A DNA stretch of 64,000 nucleotides from Anaerolineales bacterium (GCA_014379595.1 JACMLM010000011.1:29062-93061); one strand, 5' to 3'; counted from the stretch's first letter, positions 35,105-44,434 are shown. Numbers and translations: made by a program. The notes: a model not told the origin generated them from the letters alone.

Positions 35105-37033
35105 ATGCTTACTCCTGAACAAATCGAAGCCAAACTTGATCGTATCCTTTTAAAGGTACAAAAACCAGGCCGCTACGTGGGCGGTGAACTCAACAGTACG
35201 ATCAAGGATTGGGACAAGGCGCAAACTAAAGTCGCCTTTGTTTTTCCTGATATTTACGATATCGGCGTTTCAAATGTTGGGTTGAAGATCCTGTACGATC
35301 AAGTCAATCAACGTGATGACTCGCTGGCCGAACGTGCCTATGCGCCATGGACAGATATGGAAGCGCTCATGCGCGAACATGAGATTCCACTTTACACGCT
35401 CGAGTCAAAACGACCCTTGGCCTGCTTCGACTTAATCGGCTTTACCCTCCCCTACGAGACTCTCTACACCAACACCCTCAACATTCTTGACCTCTCGGGC
35501 ATTCCCGTCCGCTCCAATGAACGAGACGAGACTCATCCCATCATCATCGCAGGCGGACATGCAGCCACCAATCCCGAGCCGATGCACGCCTTCATTGACG
35601 CATTCGCCATTGGCGAAGGTGAAGAAGTCATTCACGATATTATCGACACGATACAAAAATTTAAGTCAGCGCCAAATTTCAAACGCAGAGACTTACTGGT
35701 TGCATTGGCACAGATCTCTGGCGTATACGTCCCGCAATTTTATGAGACCACTTATCTCGAAGATGGAACAGTAGCATACACAGAACCCACCATCCCCGAA
35801 GCACCGAAATTAGTACACAAGCGGATCGTTGCAAAACTGCCGCCACCGCCGATCAAATTCATCGTGCCGAATATTGAAGTGGTTCATAACCGCGTATCGG
35901 TGGAGATCATGCGCGGATGCACGCGCGGGTGTAGATTCTGTCAGGCGGGTATGATCACGCGTCCAGTTAGAGAAAGAAGCGTGCAAGAAGTTGTAGATGC
36001 CGCAGACGAAGCCATCCGCTCGACAGGGTTTGAAGAACTTGCATTGATGTCGCTTTCATCTTCTGATTACACATACGTCAGCGATCTGGTGGATGCGATC
36101 AGCAAACGTTTTGAAGGGCGCAAGCTGACTGTCTCGCTCCCATCTCTGCGAATCGAATCTGTTTCAGTGGATTTGATGGATAAATTAAAACAACATCGCT
36201 CCGGCGGATTCACACTCGCGCCCGAAGCCGCCAGCGAACGGATGCGCCGCATCATTAATAAATTTATTCCTGATGAAGAGATCATCAATACTACACGTGA
36301 TATTTACAGCCGCGGCTGGACAACGATCAAGTTGTATTTCATGATCGGGCATCCCAGTGAAACGATTGAAGATGTACAAGCAATAGTTGACTTGTGCAAA
36401 CGTATCATTGAAGAAGGTCGCAAAGTAGCGGGCTGGAAAGTAAAACTAAATGTTGGTGCAAGCACTTTTGTGCCGAAGCCGCAAACACCTTTTCAATGGG
36501 TTGCCTGTGATACCAGAGATAATATTTTAGAAAAACAAGCCTTACTCAAACGTCAACTACTGAAAGAAAAAAATATTAAGTTAAGCTGGACAAAACCCGA
36601 AGAGGCTTTGTTGGAAGCATGGCTTTCACGCGGTGACCGCAAGCTTGCTGAAGTGATTTATTCCGCGTGGAAGAACGGTGCAAAATTTGATGCGTGGGAA
36701 GGCGATCAAAAACACGAAAAGTGGATGGCGGCATTTGAAGAGCATGGCCTCGAACATACTTTTTATACATATCGCCAACGCCGTACCGATGAAGTTTTTC
36801 CATGGGAACACATCACCGCCGCCCTTCGCAAGAATTTCCTCTTTCAGGATTTCCGCCAGTCGCTCGAAGGTCAGATCCGCGTGGATTGCCGTTTGAATTG
36901 TTTTGCATGCGGCATTTTGCCGACCTTTGCAAATCTGCGCCGCGAGAATCCAGGCGAAGGTTGGAAGTGCCCAGATGTTAAATCTCCTGCGCCGAAAATA
37001 ATAAATATTGAACTGCCTGTTGTAGGTGATTAA
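35105..37033 (+). CDS. Radical SAM protein, TIGR03960-like family (B12-binding-like N-terminal domain)
   Basis: CTRGCRFCQAG radical SAM cluster motif. 642 aa. Followed closely by the family's usual DUF2344 partner. Confidence 0.8.
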   Translation: MLTPEQIEAKLDRILLKVQKPGRYVGGELNSTIKDWDKAQTKVAFVFPDIYDIGVSNVGLKILYDQVNQRDDSLAERAYAPWTDMEALMREHEIPLYTLESKRPLACFDLIGFTLPYETLYTNTLNILDLSGIPVRSNERDETHPIIIAGGHAATNPEPMHAFIDAFAIGEGEEVIHDIIDTIQKFKSAPNFKRRDLLVALAQISGVYVPQFYETTYLEDGTVAYTEPTIPEAPKLVHKRIVAKLPPPPIKFIVPNIEVVHNRVSVEIMRGCTRGCRFCQAGMITRPVRERSVQEVVDAADEAIRSTGFEELALMSLSSSDYTYVSDLVDAISKRFEGRKLTVSLPSLRIESVSVDLMDKLKQHRSGGFTLAPEAASERMRRIINKFIPDEEIINTTRDIYSRGWTTIKLYFMIGHPSETIEDVQAIVDLCKRIIEEGRKVAGWKVKLNVGASTFVPKPQTPFQWVACDTRDNILEKQALLKRQLLKEKNIKLSWTKPEEALLEAWLSRGDRKLAEVIYSAWKNGAKFDAWEGDQKHEKWMAAFEEHGLEHTFYTYRQRRTDEVFPWEHITAALRKNFLFQDFRQSLEGQIRVDCRLNCFACGILPTFANLRRENPGEGWKCPDVKSPAPKIINIELPVVGD

Positions 37034-37558
37034 GTGGATAAAGCCTCGTTTCTTGAACGCCTCCAGCGGGAGCGCGATAAATTTGAATTGCTTCTGAACC
37101 AGGTCGGCTTTACGCGCCAGATGACGATGAAAGGTGTTTCTGGCAGCTTATCCATTAAAGATCTGTTGGCTGATATTCTCACTCGCGAACAATTTATTGC
37201 AGACCGCTTGAGCGAGATCGTTCATAGCGAGATTTATGCACCGTGCGCGTCACATACGGCATTACAAAATTTTCAAGATAAATATGGATATCCAGATTAC
37301 GAATCGCCATTGGCGGAAAAAGAAAAAATCAATCACCTTGTGATCGATAAGCACAAGAATATTGGTCTGGATGATATCGTCGAGCAGGAATTGGCGGCGT
37401 ATACGAATATCATCTCGTTATTCAAAAAGTTGACATCTGAGCAATGCCTCGACCATGATCTTATTCACCGCATCGCTGAACATACGTATAAACCATATCG
37501 CCGAACGATCATTGAAATTAATCGCTGGCTGAGATCCATCGCATCGGAATCAAATTAA
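37034..37558 (+). CDS. DinB/ClbS-like four-helix-bundle protein (tentative)
   Basis: The N-terminal pattern K..FLERL..ER..F..LL and LSIKDLLADIL resembles DUF1706/DinB-type proteins. GTG start abuts the upstream stop. Confidence 0.35.
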   Translation: MDKASFLERLQRERDKFELLLNQVGFTRQMTMKGVSGSLSIKDLLADILTREQFIADRLSEIVHSEIYAPCASHTALQNFQDKYGYPDYESPLAEKEKINHLVIDKHKNIGLDDIVEQELAAYTNIISLFKKLTSEQCLDHDLIHRIAEHTYKPYRRTIIEINRWLRSIASESN

Positions 37559-37560
37559 TC

Positions 37561-38190
37561 ATGCGGGCACGTATTACATTCACAAAACAAGGTGCATTAA
37601 GATATACAGGTCACCTTGATCTACATCGGCTATGGGAACGCGCCATGCGCCGCGCACAGTTACCCATCAGTTATTCCCAAGGATTTCATCCACAGCCAAA
37701 GATCAGCATCGCCGCCGCCCTGCCGCTTGGATTCGCGTCGCTTGGCGAAGTTTTGGATGTTCGCCTTAATGAAGATATTCCCACAGAAGAAATTGCATCA
37801 CGTTTAAAAGATAATCTGCCTCCAGATATACAAGTTACAAAGATCGAAAGTGTGGATGAACGCGAGCCAGCTTTGCAAACGCAAGTAGTCTCAGCCACGT
37901 ACGAAGTCCATTTGACAGAACCAGTGGACGGGTCAGAATTGAAGCGAAAAGTCGAAGAGTTAATGATGTCTGAATCCCTGCCGCGTGAACGTCGAGGAAA
38001 ATTCTATGATCTTCGTCCGCTGATCGAAATACTGAGTGTGGTTACAGAAGCAGATGGAAAAGTTTGGCTGCAAATGAAACTAGCTGCACGCGATAGTGCC
38101 ACTGGCCGCCCTGAAGAAGTTTTGAATGCACTGGGTATCGAGCCAGAATATACGCGGGTGGAAAGAACCAGTTTGATTTTTCAAGAATAA
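37561..38190 (+). CDS. TIGR03936 / DUF2344 family radical-SAM-associated protein
   Basis: ITFTKQGALRYTGHLDLHRLWERAMRRAQLPISYSQGFHPQPKIS is the typical family N-terminus. Confidence 0.8.
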   Translation: MRARITFTKQGALRYTGHLDLHRLWERAMRRAQLPISYSQGFHPQPKISIAAALPLGFASLGEVLDVRLNEDIPTEEIASRLKDNLPPDIQVTKIESVDEREPALQTQVVSATYEVHLTEPVDGSELKRKVEELMMSESLPRERRGKFYDLRPLIEILSVVTEADGKVWLQMKLAARDSATGRPEEVLNALGIEPEYTRVERTSLIFQE

Positions 38191-38220
38191 TTTATAAAAT
38201 AAATTCAAAGGAGAAGTATT

Positions 38221-39189
38221 ATGGCCCTGATCGTATCTTTATTTTTCGGTTTTTTTCCAATGTTTATCTTTGCTATTCTTATTTACTGGCTTGACCGTTA
38301 TGAAAAGGAACCTGCGGCTTTGCTCGGTGCGGCTTTCTTTTGGGGCGTGGTGATCGCAGCGGGCGGCTCATTTATTATCAACACAGTATTTGGGCTGGGC
38401 ATTTATATGTTTACAGGTTCAGAAGGGACAACTGAAGCCGCAACAGCATCCATCGTTGCTCCGATCGTGGAGGAAATTCTCAAAGGCCTGGCAGTAGCTA
38501 TTGTGTTTTTCTTATTCCGCCGAGAATTTGATTCAGTTTTAGATGGCATTATGTATGGCGGCATGGTTGGCTTGGGTTTTGCCGCTACAGAAAACGTGTT
38601 GTACATTTATCGCAATGGTTATCTTGAAGGCGGCTGGGCTGGATTGTTCCTGTTGGCTTTCATCCGCGTGATTCTTGTCGGCTGGATGCACGCCTTCTTC
38701 ACTGCATTTACAGGTATCGGCTTTGCGCTTGCCCGCACAAATAGAAATACGCTCGTCAAGTTTATTGCTCCGTTTGTTGGTTTGGGAACAGCTATTTTTG
38801 TACATGCCTTTCATAATACCTTTGGCGGCCTGATTGGCGGGTTGGGCGGCCTCGCCGCAGGCACCTTTGTAGATTGGGTCGGCTGGGCAATGATGTTTGT
38901 TTTCATCATCTGGATGATCGTCCACGAACGCAATATTGTAAAGAAACAACTTCAAGAGGAAGTTTATGCAGGGCTGATCACACAGACACAATATCAGAGA
39001 GCAATTTCACCATTGACGATGACCACAGCCCCGCTAAGCGGAAGAGCAACCGCCCGCTTCTATCGTGTTTGTGGTGAGTTAGCTCATAAAAAGGAACAAA
39101 TGGCAAGACATGGGGATGAAAAAGGAAACGCTGCGATCATCAAAGCGCTGCGGACTGAACTTGCCTCACTCGCACCATTAACAGTTTAA
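38221..39189 (+). CDS. PrsW family intramembrane glutamic/metallo-protease
   Basis: Multi-TM protein with EEILKG and HAFHN motifs in the PrsW arrangement. Confidence 0.7.
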   Translation: MALIVSLFFGFFPMFIFAILIYWLDRYEKEPAALLGAAFFWGVVIAAGGSFIINTVFGLGIYMFTGSEGTTEAATASIVAPIVEEILKGLAVAIVFFLFRREFDSVLDGIMYGGMVGLGFAATENVLYIYRNGYLEGGWAGLFLLAFIRVILVGWMHAFFTAFTGIGFALARTNRNTLVKFIAPFVGLGTAIFVHAFHNTFGGLIGGLGGLAAGTFVDWVGWAMMFVFIIWMIVHERNIVKKQLQEEVYAGLITQTQYQRAISPLTMTTAPLSGRATARFYRVCGELAHKKEQMARHGDEKGNAAIIKALRTELASLAPLTV

Positions 39190-39212
39190 ATTTCACGATT
39201 CATTCTTAACTC

Positions 39213-39244
39213 AAGGCTGGTGACTGTTTCACCAGCCTTTTTTC
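39213..39244 (+). terminator. Intrinsic terminator after the PrsW gene
   Basis: AAGGCTGGTGA-ctgtt-TCACCAGCCTT-TTTTT. Confidence 0.8.
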
Positions 39245-39292
39245 TATCCCGTAGCAGTGACTGAATTCGCTATGGTAAAATTTGTTTTATTT

Positions 39293-39364
39293 GCCCTCGT
39301 AGCTCAGTGGATAGAGTATTGGCCTCCGAAGCCGAGGACCGCAGTTCGAGCCTGCGCGAGGGCA
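39293..39364 (+). tRNA. tRNA-Arg (anticodon CCG)
   Basis: Hand-folded cloverleaf. Acceptor GCCCTCG/CGAGGGC, D arm GCTC-AGTGGATA-GAGT, anticodon arm TTGGC-CTCCGAA-GCCGA, T arm CGCAG-TTCGAGC-CTGCG, discriminator A. No encoded CCA. Confidence 0.9.
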
Positions 39365-39380
39365 CTTTGATACCGCAAAC

Positions 39381-39470
39381 AATGCGTCGCACCAAACCGA
39401 CAAGAGAATCTCCGTGATCAGAATCATCGAAACGAGTAGATTCAACCTGTCGAGTGAGGTGCGACGCATT
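39381..39470. repeat. MITE-like 90-nt element with 13-bp perfect terminal inverted repeats, copy A
   Basis: AATGCGTCGCACC ... CGAGTAGATT ... GGTGCGACGCATT. Second copy at 58025..58112. Confidence 0.7.
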
Positions 39471-39498
39471 CTACTTAATTCTTGGATACAATAGACTT

Positions 39499-40602
39499 GT
39501 GTCTCGCAAAATTATTTCCCTCTGTTTCAGCATTTTAATTCTTTGTACAAGCTGCATTGACATTTCCAGCCAGGGCGCATTCACGGCAACCCCTGATTTT
39601 GTCACCGCCACATTGCCGCCTCCGTTAATTCCACCAGCGACTGAAGTATCTACTCTGCCTACATCTGCATTAAGTATCACTGCCAATCCAACGATCTCAC
39701 CCATCGAAGGGACAACCACTACGCAGGTAAATGTCCGCGCGGAACCATCTACTGTGGGAGATAGCCTGGGAATCATCCTCGCGTTTTCCAAAGTGCAGGT
39801 CATTGGCAAAGATGAATATGGAAAATGGTATCAGATCATATACGCTGAATCCCCTAATGGAATAGGTTGGGTCGCTGTAGCTTATGTGCAGATGGATGCC
39901 ACAGCACAGATCCCTGTTGTTGAAATAGAGTCAGGCTCGGGGTACGGAAGAAGCGGGCTTGTCATCCAGGGGATTAACGTCAGAAGTGGTCCAGGCACAA
40001 CTTATGATTCACTTGGCACATTAATCCCAAATGATGTAGTGACTGTTAGAGGCAAAGACCCCAGCGGCACATGGATGCAAATTGAATTTGCAAATTCGCC
40101 TGATGGAAAGGGTTGGGCGTCTTCTGAATTTTTACAAGTGAATGGCTCTGATTCGTTGCCAGTCATTGGCGATATCGCACCAACAGTAGAAATCGGAACG
40201 CCAGCGGATATTCCGCTAACAGCTATTCCCTCTCAGTTATTCGCCAGACAAGATGGTGATTCGATCTCAGCTCCATTTACCGTTGTTATTTTTTCGTCTA
40301 CGGGTGCAAGAGCCTTGCAGGTACAAGGTGACGTTTCTGCTCCAGAGGGAGATACAGAAGACTGGTTGCAGTTCAATTCGTTTAGCAATAATATTCTTGT
40401 GGAAGTGAAATGTTCAAATAATGAATTAAGTGTGGAATTGTGGAATAATAGTGAGAGTACAAGTGAACCTGTGTTACTCTGTGGAGTAAAACGTGTAATA
40501 AAAATAGAACCTGCGCAACCTTATTTTCTACACATACGAGCAAACGCCAGCGATAATTTACAATATATTCAGTATTCTTTAAAAATATCAGTAGTTGAAT
40601 AG
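39499..40602 (+). CDS. Secreted/lipoprotein with two bacterial SH3 domains and a C-terminal beta-rich domain
   Basis: Two SH3b-like repeats (VNVRAEPSTVGDSLG...GKWYQIIY and INVRSGPGTTYDSLG...GTWMQIEF). The N-terminal signal SRKIISLCFSILILCTSC follows a GTG at 39499. The track start at 39454 lies inside the repeat element. Confidence 0.6.
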   Translation: MSRKIISLCFSILILCTSCIDISSQGAFTATPDFVTATLPPPLIPPATEVSTLPTSALSITANPTISPIEGTTTTQVNVRAEPSTVGDSLGIILAFSKVQVIGKDEYGKWYQIIYAESPNGIGWVAVAYVQMDATAQIPVVEIESGSGYGRSGLVIQGINVRSGPGTTYDSLGTLIPNDVVTVRGKDPSGTWMQIEFANSPDGKGWASSEFLQVNGSDSLPVIGDIAPTVEIGTPADIPLTAIPSQLFARQDGDSISAPFTVVIFSSTGARALQVQGDVSAPEGDTEDWLQFNSFSNNILVEVKCSNNELSVELWNNSESTSEPVLLCGVKRVIKIEPAQPYFLHIRANASDNLQYIQYSLKISVVE

Positions 40603-40623
40603 AATTTATTTTTGGAGGCAGAA

Positions 40624-41766
40624 ATGTTCAAAAACCGAATGATGACTTTGTTGATATTATGTTCCTTGATCATCGGGGCATGCAAACCTAACAGTGAGGT
40701 CAGATCTTCACTCTCTGCTGTTTTGAGCGAGCTGACAGGTACTGTGGATGCGAAACAAGCTGAAGAATCCTCTTTCGCACCAGTTACTAAAGATTATGTA
40801 CTCAATGAAAATGGACAAATCCAGACTGCAGACGACGGGCGAGTACGCCTTGACCTTTCCTCTGGGACGATTGTTCGCGTTTCACCATCTTCCATATTTA
40901 CTCTTACATCAAATGATGAAGTCGAGGGTGGGCTCGCCACAAAAATCAAACTTGAAATTGGAAAAGTATTTATTATTCTTAACGGCGGCAGCGCAGATGT
41001 GGAAACGCCGTCTGGCGTGGCCTCTGTACGCGGCTCCTATATGAAAGTTGAAGTTGATCCTGAAACAGGTAATGTATATGTTACTTGTCTGGAGGGCAAT
41101 TGTTCTGCAACCAACCCAGCAGGCACAGTAAATTTTGGAGCTGGAGAAAGAACTATTCTGTTTCAACAAGATCCAGCAACTGGGAATTGGACGCTTCCTA
41201 TTGTGGAGCCAATGACACCCGAAGAATTTCAGGAATGGCTGGATGAAAACCCAGAAGCACAGGAATTATTCAATCAAGCCATGTCTACCATGACCGCTCT
41301 GGCTGAGCCTACTGAACCATCAGCCACAGAACCTGCAGCTACAGCCACAGAAGTCCCAGCCACTGAAGAAAGCAATGCTTGTTTCCAAATTATTCAACCT
41401 GCCAATGGCTCAAGCCTCCCAGGAATGGGAAGGATAGCATTTGAATGGGAAACTCAGCCCGGCGCACAAAAATATATTGTTACGTTTACAGATCAAAATG
41501 GCTATCGCGGAATCATTGAAACGACTGAAACCAGTATGGAAAAATTTATTGAGATCCTGCCGAATGGCGGAGATTATAGCTGGGCCGTCACTTCATATGG
41601 TGAAGATGGGAATGAAATCTGTACAACTGAATCAGCATCTTTCTCCAAACCAGCATCGGAACCAACGCCCAAGCCAACGAAAGTAAAAGAGGATAAGCCA
41701 GACGAGCCTAAAGATCCAGAAGCAACAGCACCTCCTTGCGATCCCTACATGTATTATTGTCCATAA
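40624..41766 (+). CDS. FecR domain-containing lipoprotein
   Basis: Signal with IIGAC-K lipobox. FecR-like beta region (DGRVRLDLSSGTIVRVSPSSIFTL..KIKLEIGKVFI). ATG at 40624 lies 5 nt after GGAGG. Confidence 0.6.
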   Translation: MFKNRMMTLLILCSLIIGACKPNSEVRSSLSAVLSELTGTVDAKQAEESSFAPVTKDYVLNENGQIQTADDGRVRLDLSSGTIVRVSPSSIFTLTSNDEVEGGLATKIKLEIGKVFIILNGGSADVETPSGVASVRGSYMKVEVDPETGNVYVTCLEGNCSATNPAGTVNFGAGERTILFQQDPATGNWTLPIVEPMTPEEFQEWLDENPEAQELFNQAMSTMTALAEPTEPSATEPAATATEVPATEESNACFQIIQPANGSSLPGMGRIAFEWETQPGAQKYIVTFTDQNGYRGIIETTETSMEKFIEILPNGGDYSWAVTSYGEDGNEICTTESASFSKPASEPTPKPTKVKEDKPDEPKDPEATAPPCDPYMYYCP

Positions 41767-41789
41767 TAATACTAAGTAGGCATAATCAG

Positions 41790-43664
41790 ATGACAAAAGA
41801 GAAAAAGCCGTTCAACCTGCGCCTTGTATTATTGCTAAGTACGGTTGCAATATTGTTGGTCATCCAAGTCGCGGCTCTGATTCCTGGAATCACCACACCG
41901 ATTGAGCTTATCGAATATTCCGCACGCGATGTGTTGATTCGCTTGCGCGGTGCACAGGAACCTTCTGCTGATATTGTGATCGTGGCCATTGATGACGACT
42001 CATTCAATTGGACAGGATATCAATGGCCGTGGCCGCGCTCCTATTTGGCTGAGATCGTGGATCAGGTCAATGCTGGAGGCGGCAAAGTTGTCGGCGTGGA
42101 TATTTTCCTCTTTGAACCAGATAATGAGCCTGCAAATGATCAAGCCTTTGCAGATGCGCTGGGTCAAACTCCATCTGCTGTGAGCGTGCTTCAGATCTTT
42201 GAAAATTCTGTGGAAGGTTTTACAACATCCACTCTTTTACAGCCATTACCGCCTTATCAAAAAACTCTCGATGGAATTGGCGTAACAGCATTCACGCGTG
42301 ACGAAGATGCCATCGTCCGCAGTGTACAGGCGTATGATATATACAATGATGAAATTTACTATCATTGGGCGTTTGAAATTGCACGTTTATATCTGGGCGT
42401 AGACGCTCCATCGAATCCAACCAATACAAGTGTACAGTTTAATGGGCAAGCTATCCCATTGCGCGGAGGCCAGGTCCTGGTCAACTTTGCAGGGCCTTCG
42501 GGAACGTATCCCACATATTCTGCAGCGTATGTGCATGACGGCATTACACTGGAAGAAAACCCTGATGCATTCCGCAACAAAATCGTATTGATCGGCGCGA
42601 CAACCGTAACATTGCAGGATATTTATCCCACACCATTTTCAGCGCAGGTACCAACAGCGGGTGTGGAAATTGTTGCGAGCGCCATTGATACTTTAATCTC
42701 GGGCCGATATTTAACCGAAGCACCACCCTGGATGGCGCTTGCTTTTACAATTCTGGCTGCGATCATTGCCGCATTGATCTCACGTTCCAAACGACCTACT
42801 TTCACAGTGGTGATGCTGATTACCATGATGTTAAGTTATGCAATTGCAGGCGTAATTTTCTTCATTCGTGAACGTTATATTCTTCCCATTATCATGCCAC
42901 AGATCATGCTTTTTCTAGGCGTGGTGCTCCCCACACTTGAACAAGCTGTTTCACAGGAACTTGAAAAGCGACGTGTACGAAATTTGTTCAGCAGATTCAT
43001 TTCACCAGAAATGGTAGACCAAATGATGGCAACACAGGATATTAATTCCCTCAATAAACGTGCTGATGTAAGTATTCTCTTCTCTGATATTCGTGGCTTC
43101 ACAACTCTTTCAGAGAAACTATCACCTGAAGATGTAGTTGCGTTGCTCAACCCGTATTTGGAAGCGATGTCTAATGTCATCTATAAACATGGCGGCACAG
43201 TGGACAAATACGAAGGCGATGCGATCATTGCCTTCTTCGGGGAACCTGTCCAATTCAAAGATCACGCAGTCCGAGCATTACGCGCCTCATTGGATATGCG
43301 CAAGGCTTTGGATGAACTGAAAAACCAGTGGCAAAAAGAAGGTCGTTCCAATCAGATAGAAATGGGAATTGGCATTAATTCAGGTGAGGTATTCGTGGGT
43401 CTGCTTGGCTCTGCACAACGGATTAATTATACGGTCATCGGTGATAACGCCAACCTGGCCTCCCGCCTGCAAGATCTGACGAAAACATACGCGTGGCCCG
43501 TGTTAATCAGCGAAAGCACCTACCAACAGGTCAAGGATGAATTCGATACAGAACTGGCCGATTCGGTCATTGTAAAAGGAAAAACAAAATCCGTTAATGT
43601 ATATAAAGTCATTGGGCGCAAGGGATCGCCAAAATCAGAACAGCTTCAATCCTGGCAAAAATAA
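41790..43664 (+). CDS. CHASE2 sensor domain-containing adenylate/guanylate cyclase
   Basis: N-terminal TM plus CHASE2 (IVIVAIDDDSF..WPWPR), three TM segments, then a class III cyclase domain (ILFSDIRGFTTLSE..KYEGDAIIAFFG). Confidence 0.8.
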   Translation: MTKEKKPFNLRLVLLLSTVAILLVIQVAALIPGITTPIELIEYSARDVLIRLRGAQEPSADIVIVAIDDDSFNWTGYQWPWPRSYLAEIVDQVNAGGGKVVGVDIFLFEPDNEPANDQAFADALGQTPSAVSVLQIFENSVEGFTTSTLLQPLPPYQKTLDGIGVTAFTRDEDAIVRSVQAYDIYNDEIYYHWAFEIARLYLGVDAPSNPTNTSVQFNGQAIPLRGGQVLVNFAGPSGTYPTYSAAYVHDGITLEENPDAFRNKIVLIGATTVTLQDIYPTPFSAQVPTAGVEIVASAIDTLISGRYLTEAPPWMALAFTILAAIIAALISRSKRPTFTVVMLITMMLSYAIAGVIFFIRERYILPIIMPQIMLFLGVVLPTLEQAVSQELEKRRVRNLFSRFISPEMVDQMMATQDINSLNKRADVSILFSDIRGFTTLSEKLSPEDVVALLNPYLEAMSNVIYKHGGTVDKYEGDAIIAFFGEPVQFKDHAVRALRASLDMRKALDELKNQWQKEGRSNQIEMGIGINSGEVFVGLLGSAQRINYTVIGDNANLASRLQDLTKTYAWPVLISESTYQQVKDEFDTELADSVIVKGKTKSVNVYKVIGRKGSPKSEQLQSWQK

Positions 43665-43719
43665 AGTCAATTTTATTAAATATGGAAAGAAAAATTCGTG
43701 TTTTAACCAGATATTTCGT

Positions 43720-43748
43720 TTGTGAAAGACTTGTGCGTAATTGTACAA
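43720..43748. promoter_or_regulatory. Candidate Rex operator region upstream of rex
   Basis: Perfect TTGTGAA half-site at 43720-26 and the imperfect palindrome TTGTGCGTAATTGTACAA at 43731-48. Only a partial match to the TTGTGAA-N-TTCACAA consensus. Confidence 0.25.
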
Positions 43749-43805
43749 AATTAAATTTTATGGTAGAGTTATAAAAATAGTTTAAATCACGAGGAATATA
43801 CCTAC

Positions 43806-44423
43806 ATGAATGCAGAGAAAATCCCCGACATTATTATTGGTCGCCTCCCCGTCTATTTACGTGCTCTGCAACGCATGGCGGATAACGGCATCAAAACCAC
43901 TTCCTCACAGGAGCTGGGTGAACATGTTGGCATCTCCGCTGCCCAGATCCGCAAAGATATCTCCCAGTTTGGCGAATTTGGAAAGCAAGGCACTGGCTAT
44001 TCCATTGCCTATCTACTGGACAAACTCCGTGAGATCCTAAAAGTTGACCGCATCTGGGATGTAGCACTTGTTGGCGCAGGCGATATGGGGCACGCCCTCG
44101 CCCGTTACCAGGGCTTTACCAATCGCGGCTTTCGCATTGTTGCAATTTTCGATAGTGACAAAACAAAAGTTGGGCAAAAAATTGACGAATTCGTCGTTGA
44201 AGATGCCGAAAAAATACCAGAGCGTTTAAAGTCCGCTGGCGTCAAGATTGCCATGCTCACCGTCCCTGCTACTTCTGCGCAAAGCGTAGCCGATAAACTC
44301 ATACAGGCCGGTGTCAAAGCCATTCTCAACTATGCACCCATCAGCCTCAACGTACCGAACAATGTCAAAGTGCAATATATTGACCCATCGACACATCTGC
44401 AACGCATGACGTATTATTTATAA
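43806..44423 (+). CDS. rex: Redox-sensing transcriptional repressor Rex
   Basis: N-terminal wHTH IIGRLPVYLRAL..SSQELGE..GISAAQIRKDIS plus the Rossmann VALVGAGDMGHAL. Confidence 0.9.
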   Translation: MNAEKIPDIIIGRLPVYLRALQRMADNGIKTTSSQELGEHVGISAAQIRKDISQFGEFGKQGTGYSIAYLLDKLREILKVDRIWDVALVGAGDMGHALARYQGFTNRGFRIVAIFDSDKTKVGQKIDEFVVEDAEKIPERLKSAGVKIAMLTVPATSAQSVADKLIQAGVKAILNYAPISLNVPNNVKVQYIDPSTHLQRMTYYL

Positions 44424-44434
44424 ATCATTACCAG

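Noticed and set aside
38539-38991. 150-aa minus-strand ORF
   Set aside because: It is antisense to the PrsW gene. No supporting features.
39287-39469. 60-aa minus-strand ORF
   Set aside because: It overlaps tRNA-Arg and the MITE-like repeat. Artefact.
39454-39498. Start of track ORF 39454..40602
   Set aside because: The first codons lie in the right terminal inverted repeat of the MITE-like element. The signal peptide begins at the in-frame GTG at 39499.
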